Shown in pieces: positions 25,121 through 37,100 of a stretch of 64,000 nt of DNA (positions are counted from its first letter, which is position 1; the number at the start of each line of letters is the position of its first letter). The notes beneath the pieces were generated by a model, which made no database searches, was not told where the DNA came from, and worked only from the letters and a program-made list of their open reading frames with translations. Both the position numbers and the translations under genes were made by a program. This DNA is from a virus. Taxonomy: Duplodnaviria > Caudoviricetes. Where the stretch lies: the IMG/VR virus record IMGVR_UViG_3300024297_000001; one strand, written 5' to 3'.

Positions 25121-28100
25121 TGGCGTATGATAACGACCAGAATGATCTTCCAATTGGACCAGGTGAAGACGAAAATAGAACAAGTCTAAGTCACTTACCT
25201 AAATATTTCAGAACACCTGCAAATAAAAAGTTTTTAACAAGTACTCTGGATCAGTTAACAAATCCAGGAGAAGTTGAAAAACTTAATTCATATTATGGTC
25301 GTAGAGATGCAAAGGCGTTAACAGCAGATGACAACTATGTTGCAGATGTTACAAAACAAAGAGAAGACTACCAAGTAGAACCAGCAGTTGTTTTAAAAGA
25401 CGACGCAGACAATGTTGACTTCTACAAAGACTATAATGATTACATTAACCAACTAAGGGCGTTTGGTAATAAAACTCCTGATCATAGTAAAATAAACGCA
25501 CAAGAATATTATGCGTGGCAACCACATATTGATTGGGACAAGTTTGTAAACTTTAGAGAATACTATTGGCTACCAGCAGGACCACAAGTATTACCTATCT
25601 TTGGTCAAAACAAAGAAATAGTTTCTACATTTAAAGTATCCTTGGAGGAAAATGATGACAACGTAGCGTATAAATTTACCCCAACAGGTTTAACACAAAA
25701 CCCTACATTAAAACTTTACAAAGGTCAAACTTACATATTCGAGATTGATACTCCTGGACACCCTATTGCTTTTGCAACCAATAGAGCATTTACTCCAGGA
25801 CAGGCGATTATAACTGAGACAGTTGAAGGTGTGTTGGCATCTGGTAAGTTTGAAGCAGAATTATATGACACCGATGGCTATGACACAGGTGACTACATAG
25901 TAGAACCTGTTGAAGGCGGTATTACAGGATTCAAGGACGGAGATAATATCTCTACAATATATACCGACGGTGTTGAATCAGCAACAGTGTATGTAGAAAA
26001 AGGCACACTTAAATTTACAGTGCCACTTGATGCACCAGATACATTATTTTATATCAGTCAAAATGACGTAAACACATCAGGTTTAGTTACACTTTATAAT
26101 ATATTAGAAAATACAGAAATTGATGTAGAAAAAGAAATTCTACAAAAAGTAACTTACACAACAAGAACTGACACTGACTTATCCAATGGTATGTTAGTAG
26201 AATTCTTAGGTGATGTTACACCAGCAAAATATTCAGAAGGATATTGGTATGTTGAAGGTGTTGGCGAATCAATACAATTAATCAACAAATCCGATCTTGA
26301 GATCACAGGAGCATACAGTTCAAATATATTTGTACCATTTGATACAGAAAACTTTGATAAGTTACCATTTGGACAAGCACTAAATTATCCTAAAGAACAA
26401 GACTATATTACAATCAATAGAGCAAGTATTGACGGTAACCAATGGAGTAGACACAATCGTTGGTTCCACAAAGACACTATTGAAAGAACAGCGTTGGCAA
26501 ATGGCACAGAGGTTGAAATAGATCAATTACAACGTGCTTCAAGACCTATTATTGAATTTAATCCAGGGTTACGTTTATATAACTTTGGTAGTGAGAAAAA
26601 AGCAAATGTTGATCTAATTGATGATTTTACTATTGATGTTTTTAGTACCATTGAAGGTAGCACAGGTTATAATGTTGATGGTGTTGAACTTACTGAAGGA
26701 CTGCGTGTATTGTTTACAGCAGATCCAGACATAAGAGTCAATGGTAGAATTTACAAAGTAAAATTTATTACACACAACGGTGTAAGACAAGTTGCATTAC
26801 AAGAAGAAACAGATACAGAGCCATTAACAGATCAAACAGTATTAGTTACAGGTGGTACAGTAAACTCGGGTAAGATTTACTGGTACAATGGATCCAAGTG
26901 GATCAAAGCACAAGATAAAACAAAAGCAAATCAAAAACCTAAATTTAATCTTTATGATATTACTGATGTAGGGTTTGACACTTATACATCAAATACATTT
27001 ACGGGTACTGATTTGTTTAGTTACAAACAAGGTACTGGCGCTAATGATACAGTATTAGGTTTTCCTTTAAGTTATAGAAACATTGAAAACAGTGGAGACA
27101 TTGTTTTTAACTTTGACTTGTTAACTGATTCATTTAATTACCAACTTAACCAAACAGACTACACAGTAAAAACTGATTCATCAACTTTAAGAAAGTATAC
27201 AGGACTTAACACTTATACAAATGTAAGTGGTTGGGAGAAAGTAGATACTGACAGTAAACAAAAAGTTATTAGACAGTATATTGTATCTGGACAAAAGAAC
27301 GACTTTGCAGTTGATGTGTATGACAGAAGCGGTGACTTAAATCAATTAGACGTAAAAGTTTTCGTAAACAACACAAGACAAACAGCATGGACATTGAATA
27401 GAATTAATGGTATTGCATACGTAAGATTTACAACAGATTTAAAAAATGACGACATTTTAATTTTACATTGTACAAGTGAAGCAGATAAAAATGCAAATGG
27501 AAAATACGAGTTTCCAATTAACTTACAAAACAATCCATTGAATGAAAACATTGCAGACTTTACATATGGTGAAGTAACAGATCATGTGCAATCAATTATT
27601 TCCAATGCTACAGGATTTACAGGAAGTTTTCCAGGACCAAGTAATTTACGTAACTTAGGTGGACTTGCAAAACTTGGTACAAAGTTTGTACAACATTCTG
27701 GTGCAATACCTTTAGCATCATATCACATTACAAATAAAGAATACAACATTGTAAAAGCATTAAGATTTGCAAGAAAAGAATATGCAAAATTTAAAAGAGC
27801 AGTTGTTGACATTGCAGATAATTTAGGTGTTGACGGTACAGCACCATTCTTAGCAGATAAAGTAATTGAAAAATGGCAGTCTGAAAAATCAAAACAAACA
27901 GCATTTTACTGGACAGACATGATTGGTTCAGGTGCTAATAACAAGCGTGAATTTACTGTTACAGATGTTGGCAATAAGTTTTACAGTTTAACAACTCCGT
28001 TTTCATTATCAACTATTAGTGCTAATGCAGTTTATGTATATCACAACGGTATACAATTATTACACGGACAAGATTATACATTTACAAGCGAAGGCTTTGT

Positions 28101-31100
28101 ACAGATTGCTAACGATTACGTTCTTGCTGTAGATGATACAGTTACAATTTACGAATACGAATCAACTGATGCTTCGTACATTCCACCTACTCCAACAAAG
28201 TTAGGTTTGTATCCTTTACACAAGCCAATAAAATTTACTGACAATACATATCAAGAACCACGTGTGCTTATCAAAGGACATGACGGCAGTGTTGTTAAAG
28301 CATACAATGATTATCGAGATGATATTATTTTAGAGATTGAAAAAAGAATCTACAATAATGTTAAAGTAAGTTACGATTCTACAATATTTGATATTGATGC
28401 TTTCCTTGGACACCCTTCAAGAGATACAGGATTTACAAGAGAAGATTCAGAGAACGTTACTATTACTGATTTTGTTGAATGGTTAAGCATTGCAGGTGAT
28501 CCTGATTACACAGATATTTCATTCTATGACAGAGCAGATCCATTTACTTGGAACTATTCTAAACTTGCTGATCCAGATGGATTACCTTTACCAGGTTTCT
28601 GGAGAGGAATTTATAATAGATATTTAGGCACAGATACTCCGCATACAACGCCATGGAAGGTTTTAGGTTACATTGATCAACCAACTTGGTGGGAAACAGT
28701 TTATGGTCCAGCACCATACACAGCAGAAAATTTAATTCTTTGGGGAGACCTTGAAAAAGGTTTAGTGCGTGAGCCTAACAAACCTATTAGATATAAAACA
28801 AATTATAAAAGAAAAGATTTAACAAAATACATTCCTGTTAACACACAGGGTAATTTAATAAGTCCATATGACAGCGGATATGCACAAGGACTTATTGTAC
28901 CTGAAACAGATAACTCATTTGTGTTTGGTGATGAGTCACCAGTTGAAACAGCATGGCGTAGAAGTTCGGAATGGCCTTTTGCATTATTACTTGCATATCT
29001 AATTCATCAACCTGCTAAGGTAATGGGTGTAGGATTTGATAGAGCAAGAATTATACGTAATCCAGCAGGTGGAATTGTTTATTCAGAAAACAACAAACGT
29101 TTAGAACCAAAGAATATTGTATTCCCTAATACAGTAGAAGACACTACACGTATAACTACAGCAGGTCTTGTTAACTATATTTTCAATTATATTAATGCAG
29201 ACGTAACAAAACTAAACAAAGCATATAGTGAAAGTGTTAAAGGTCTTGAAGTACAACTTGGATTTAAGGTTGGCGGATTTACTACAAAAGATAAGTTTAG
29301 ATTATTACTTGATTCAAGAACACCTAATAACAAGGGTAATGTTTTTATTCCAGATGAAAACTATAAAATATTCTTAAACACAAGTTCACCTATTGACACA
29401 GTTTCTTACAGTGGTGTAATTGTTGAAAAACGTCCAGCAGGATTTGTTGTTAAAGGTTATGACAAAAGCAAACCTTACTTTGATTATTTCCAACATATTG
29501 AACGTGCCGCTGACCCAGTTGTTAATGTAGGTGGTGTTAGTGAAAACTTCTTAGAGTGGACACCAGGTGAACGTTATGTTGAAGGACAAATTATACGTAC
29601 TGGCACAAGTTTTTATCGTGTAAAGACTACAGGAATATTTGCAACTATCACAGATGACAACTTTATTAAACTTGCAGAGTTACCAATTGAAGGTGGTAGA
29701 GAAGGTATCCTTAGAAGAGAGTTTGAATCAACTACTTCTAAACTAAACTACGGTACAATGTTAAGAACTACACAAGAAGTTATTGACTTTTTGTTAGGCT
29801 ATGAGCAATACTTAATTAAACAAGGATTTGACTTTAGTGCATTTAACAGAGAACTTGAAACTATTGAGAACTGGGAATTAAGTGCAAGAGAGTTTTTATT
29901 CTGGACTACACAAAACTGGAGTGAAGGTGCATTATTAACACTTTCTCCAAGTGCTATTAATTTAAACTTTAGAAGAGAATATGCAGTAGTTGACAATATC
30001 TTTGATAACTTTTATGATTACACATTATTAAAAGCAGACGGTCAAAAACTTAAAGAAGAATTTACAAATACGTTGCGTAGTAGTCAAAACAGTTTTGGCT
30101 TACAACTTAAAAATACTGCTGACGGAATATACTTTTTAAAATTACCGCTTGTACAAAAAGAGCATGTTTGTTTACTTGATAACAAAACAGTATTCAATGA
30201 TACAATTTACAATCCGGCACCAGGATATAGACAAGCAAGAATTAAGATATTAGGTTACAGAACTACAGACTGGAACGGTGGTTTACATATTCCAGGATTT
30301 ACTTACGATGGTGTTACAGTAAAAGATTGGCAAGAAAATAAAGATTATGATATTGCTGATGTTGTACAATATAAAACTTTTTATTATAGTGCAAAATATA
30401 AAATTCAAGGTAGCACAAACTTCTTTGAAGACGATTGGTATAAACTACCTGCAAAACCTAAATCAGAACTTGTACCAAACTTAGATTACAAAGCAAATCA
30501 GTTTGCAGACTTTTATGATTTAGACACAGATAACTTTGACAGTGAACAGCAACGTATGGCACAACACTTAACAGGTTATCAGAAACGTAAGTATATTGAA
30601 AATATTATTAATGATGATGTTTCACAGTATAAATTTTATCAAGGATATATTCAAGATAAAGGTACAACTAATTCATTAAAGAAATTATTTGATGCATTAT
30701 CTAATACAGAAAATTCAAGTTTAGAGTTTTTTGAGGAATGGGCATTTAAGGTTGGACAGTATGGAGCCAATGGAGGCTTTGAAGAAATTGAGTATAAACT
30801 TGACGAAGGTAAATTTAGATTAAGTCCTCAACCATTCCAATTGGTACAAAACATTGATCCGTTAGCAACAGATCTTGTTTACAGATATGTACCATCAGAT
30901 GCTTACAGCAAACCAGCAGATTATAATCATGCTCCTTTCCCAACAAAATATATTCCGGAAGATGAGTCATATATTAAGACAGCAGGATATGTTGCAGAAG
31001 CAGACATTGATTTCAAAGTTACAAATTATGATGATATACTTGCACTTGATCCTAATACAATTGATGTAGGAAAATATATTTGGGTCGCTAAAAAGTCGCA

Positions 31101-34100
31101 AACATGGGACGTTTTACGTCAAACAGAAACACCATTCAAAGTAAGTGCTATTGTAAACTCGGATAGTTCGGGCATGATAGAAATTACAACAGGTAAAGCA
31201 CCTGCGTTTGTTAAAGATGATATTATTAGTATACTTGGTACAGGTGATACTGACAGGTTTTATAAAGTACAAAGAACAAGTCTTAATACAATCTATGCTA
31301 CAACGTCTGGAGAACAAAAAGACTTACCAGAGATTTCAGCATTCATTACACAATTAATTAGTGTAAGGGTTGACGACCTTAATGGTGTTAATACAAAAAT
31401 TACAAGAGACAATGTTAGCAACAACGAAAGAGTATGGGTTGATCATGATGAAAACAATAGATGGGCAGTTGTAGAAAACAGAAACAAATATGATTTAAAA
31501 CAGCAAACCTTTAGTAACAGCATTGAAGGTATATTAGGAACTGATACTAATAACTTTGGAACAAGTATTAGTGCAAATGCAACTAACAGCATTATTCCAG
31601 TTGGTGTACCAGGTGAAACTGAAAACGGTAGAGTAGACATTTACTTTAGAGCATCAGAAAACCTTAAGGCTGTACAATCACAAATACTTGATATGCCAGA
31701 TGGGTATATGAGTAGTGGCGAAAATAGTTTTGGTCAAAGCACAAATATATCAACAGATGGCAAATGGTTAATTGTTGGTATACCGTATGCTTCGAATGTT
31801 AAGTCTTTTTATAAAGGAGACTTTAATAGTGCTTCAACTTACACACAAGAAGATATTGTAAAATACACTAATCAATACTGGAAAGCAAAAACTACAGTTG
31901 AGCCACAAGATCCAGATTTAGAATATCAAACATTTGACTCTCATGTACAGGCACTTGTTAGTACAAGAGAAAATAATGCATATAGTAACTTACAATTTAT
32001 ATTAAGAGGTAATTTTAGTTTCCCTGAAGAACTTACAGACCATGTATTGATCAGAGCACCTAAAACACAGTACTCCGGAACAGAAGTAGGCGACAAGTTA
32101 CAGTTATTATGGAATGACATTAACACAAGATATCCAAGTGGTATAGCACCTTTCAATAATGACCCGTTAATGACTAAGGCATACTTCGACGGTGAACATG
32201 CTATTGTACAAAAAATTGATGATATACTTTTAATTGATAATACAAAAGCAATTCCAAGTGTAGGAGAAACAATTAGTAGTGCAACAGCAGTGGCAGAAGT
32301 TACTTATGTACATACTACAGGTGATAACAGAAGTTTAATTTATGTTAAAGATGCTAATGGATTGTTTGAAACAACAGGTACATTATTTGTTGGTGACATT
32401 GAGATTGGTGTATTTGAAAGAGCAGTACAACAAGATGAGAATTACTTAGGTGGTTGGTGGCAAATTGCTGGACCAAATGCAAGTTTCACTTCAACAGTTA
32501 CTATTGAAACTAAACCATATCTTGTTATTCAAGACATTATTAAAACAGGCGTATCACGTAGTATAAAATATTATGAAAATGCACTAAGAATCCAGGATAA
32601 TTTAACAGACCAGAATCCTACAATAACAAGTTACATTGAAACTTTATCATTCTTAGGTGATAGTGGTAACGTACTTTCAGACAAATGGGTATTTAGAGCA
32701 CCAGCAACTTTAACAAGTAATCTTGTAGTAGGAAATACATTTAATTTTTACTTTAGTGAATATGCAACTGCTGATAATTTAATTCAAGATCCAGGTGTAA
32801 TAAGTCCTGAACTAACACACGACTATCTAAACAGAACAGAACATACTATTAATGATATTTGGAACGGTTGGATTGAAGTAAATCTTACAGCATTTGATGA
32901 TAGAGGTTCACCAACACCAAGTGATCCAGACTACAATCCTAATTATGGTCAACCTTTTATTCCTGTTGTTGGAGATACAGTACAAGATAACGACACACTT
33001 GCAACGGCAGAAGTTGCAGGAGTAGAAAAACTGTTTAATACTTTAAGACTATGGGTTAAAAATGTTAATGGTACTTGGAAGTTTGGTTCACAGAACAGCG
33101 ACATTTCAAGTTTAAGTATTAACGGTGGTTCACAAGGCGCAGGCGTTGTAAGACTTGTTGGTACAATTAACACAAGACATTTAGAATCAGATACAGCAGG
33201 CCCGATTATTGTTGTAGATAGAGGAACAAACTTAACAGTAGGTTCAACAAGAACATTACAAGGATTTGAATACTGGATTTATGACAGTGTAGAACAGTCA
33301 GGTATCGCAAGAGATGCAAATCCACCAAGTAATACTAATAATGATTGGCAAAGAGTTTACAATATTACTGCAAACAATGCCGGTGTTGCAAGTGCATTTA
33401 CAAGACAAGGTGCATACGCAATTTTCGAAAGAAATACAAGTAACTTCTACAACTTGCATAACATTTATATTATGCCTGATGCACAAAGCAGTAGACACTT
33501 AGGTGCAAAAGTTGAAATGGTTACACACAATGACGGAACTTATACTGCATACTTGTTAAGCAAAGGTAACGGAACGTTTAATCAACCAGGCAGAATCAAT
33601 GTTATAAAATATGACAGAATTAACGGTTGGATTTTAGGACAAGATGTAGATTACAAAGGCGACTTTAGTGAAACTGTAACATACAGACAAGGCGAATATG
33701 TAAAATACCTTGGATTAATTTATCAAGCACAAACAAATATTATTGCAAGTGCATGGAACGAATCAAATTGGACAGTAGTTACAGAAGGTCTTGATCTAAA
33801 TGGTTACTTGCCAAACGATACAGGATTTATTATTGGTGATGATAGTGCAATTCAAAACAACAACTTATATGAGTTTGGTACAGAATACGGAATTAGCAGT
33901 GATGGAGAAGTATTAGCAACTATTGTTAAGTATGGTGATGCTATAGATAGTTCCATTAATACACCGAAGTTAGCAATTTACAGAAAAGTATTAGGACACT
34001 TCCTGTTTAGTCAAGTAATTGATGCTTATGCGGCAGACATTGGCTTTGGAAGTTCTGTAACAGTTTCCAATGATGGTAGATTTGTTGCAGTAGGTGCTCC

Positions 34101-37100
34101 TAAATATAGCAATCAATATGTAAATCAAGGTACAGTATTCATTTACGAAAGCATTAACGGCACATTCGAAATGGTACAACACCTAACTGGACCTAAAGGA
34201 ATTGCAAATGAGAAGTTTGGTACTGTTGTTAAGTACGGAACTGATAGACTTGCAGTACATTCAGCAGGTGGTGACCTTACAAGTATTACAGAATTTGATG
34301 GAGGCATAACAGCATTTGATAATGGAACTACATTATTCAATACATCATTAATTGATACTGGTGAAGTTTTTGTTTACGAACTGTTAGGTAACAGATATGT
34401 GTATGCAGACAAGTTAGAATTTGCAGATAGCAAAGCATTATACTTTGGTAAGACAATGTTTATTAATGGTAACCACATTTATGTTGGTATACCTTCTTAC
34501 AAGAGAGATGATAACAACAGTAGAGGAACTTTATTAGATTATAGATCAACTCCTAATACTAAATTATGGGAAAAAATTAGATCTGCAAGACCATTAGTTG
34601 ACCTAAGTAGATTCAAAGGTATTAGTTTATACAATAAAAATACAAATCAAGTTACAGAATATATTGACTACATTGATCCTGCACAAGGAAAAATTGCAGG
34701 AACGGCTGAAACTGAACTATCATTCAAAACAACTTATGATCCGTGTACATATAATATAGCAACTGATACAACAGTTGTAAAAGATGAAACAATGTTTAAC
34801 ACAACTGACAATGTTGGTAAGTTATGGTGGGATATTGACGCTGTAAGATTTTTAAATCCATACAGCAATACAGGAAACATCTTTACTACAAGTAACACAA
34901 TGAACGAAGTGTTCCCAGGAACAGAAGTTGAAGTTTATGAATGGGTTGAAAGCACATTACTTCCAAGTGAGTGGGACGAAGAAGCAGATACAGAAACTGC
35001 TTTGGCACAAGGTATTAGTGGTAAATCTAAATACGGTGACAATGCATACAGTACAAGACGTGTATATGATGAAGAAGCACAGAAGTTTACAACTTTCTAC
35101 TACTACTGGGTAAGAAATAAGAAAACTACTCCAGATGCACCAGGCAGAACTTTAAGTGCCGCAGACGTACAAGAATTAATTAGAGATCCATCAGGTGCAG
35201 GACTAAAATTTGCAACTATGCTTGATAAGAATGAGTGGACTTTACATAACTTACAAAGTTCTATCACAGGAGATGATACAGTTCTTAAGTTTGCGTATTG
35301 GAATATTAATGAAACTGATAAAAATGTACATAATCAATACAAAATTATTACAGACGGGTTAGCAACAAGTCTTCCTAAAACAGATTTAGAATTAAAATGG
35401 TTTGACAGTTTAATTGGCTTTGATAACCAAGGTAGACCTGTTCCAGATAGACAATTAACTGAAAGAGATAGGTATGGTATTTTAAATGATCCAAGACAAT
35501 CTATCTTTGTAAACAGAATTGAAGCATTAAAACAACTTGTTGAAAGAACAAACAGTGTTCTTAAGGAAAATATCTTAATTGATGACTTTGATCTAAGTGA
35601 TTTCCAAAGCAATGATGCTATTCCAACTTTAGCATCAAGAAGATTTGACACAGAGATTGATAGTGATAGCGAATTAAGTTTTGTACCAGTAGGTAGATTA
35701 AAACAAGCAACTATTAATTTAACTATTCAAGACGGTAAAATCCTAAGAGCAGATGTTATTGAACAGGGTTACGGTTATAAAACAGTACCAACAACACAAA
35801 TCACAACAAACACAGGTGAAGGTGCTGTTATTGAACTTACAATGAACAATGTAGGACAGATACAAACAGCAACAGTTGTTAAGAGTGGTAGTAACTATGC
35901 ACAAACAGATACAATCAGAGTTAGACCGTTTACAGTTCTTACAACAATAGATGCAAGTTACGCCAACAAGTGGTCATTATACGAATATGTAGGTGGCGAA
36001 CAAACTTGGAATAGAATTAAGAGTCAAAGATATGACGTAAAACCTTATTGGTCATATGTTGATTGGTATGCAACAGGTTACAATGAACTAACAAAAGCAG
36101 ACTTTGTAATTAATGAAACGTATGAGTTAGAATCATTAGAGGATTCATTCAACAGTATTGTTAAAATTAACAATGTAGGATCAGGCGGTTGGTTATTATT
36201 ACAAAAAATTGACGATCAAGCAGATGTAGACTATACAATAAATTACAGAACTATTGGTAGACAAAATGCAACAATACAATTATCAAAATCATTGTATGAT
36301 TACAGTGAAGACTTAATTGGTTATGACTCATATGGTTATGATGACAGTGCATTTGATATACAACCAATTGATGAAATGCGTATTATCTTAACAGCATTAA
36401 GAGATAAAATATTTGTTGACGAACTTGCTATTGAATATAACAAATTATTCTTTGCACAAATGCGTTATATTTTATCAGAACAAAAATTTGTAGACTGGAT
36501 GTTTAAAACTTCATTCATCAAAGCAAAACATAATCTTGGTAAACTAAGAAAAGACATTACATTTAATAATGACTTCTTAGAAAGTTATGAGGAGTATGTA
36601 AAAGAAGTCAAACCATACAAATCTAAAATTAGAGAATACCTAAGTACATACGAAGGTGATGAGAAATCAGAAAACATGGTTACTGACTTTGACTTACCAC
36701 CATTCTACAGCGACACAGCAGGAAGAATTGTACCACAAACAGTTAGAGTTGTTAATGATGAAATAGTAACATCATCTAACATTACAAGTTATCCAAGCAA
36801 ACATTGGGTAGACAATGCAAGTTTCCAAATTAAACAGGTTGATGTTTTTGATGCAGGTAGTGGTTATGAAAATGCACCAGGAGTAGAATTTGTAGGCGGT
36901 GGCGGAACAGGAGCCAAGGCAACAGCGTATGTTGGCGGTGGAAAAATTACAGAGATTAAAATAGACAATCCAGGAACAGGTTATGTGTCTGCACCAACAG
37001 TAGTGCTTAACGGCGCAGTAGCAGATGGCGGCAAGACTGGTAGAGCAAGTGCAATCATAGGTAATACAAATTTAAGAACTACACACATGAATGTTAAGTT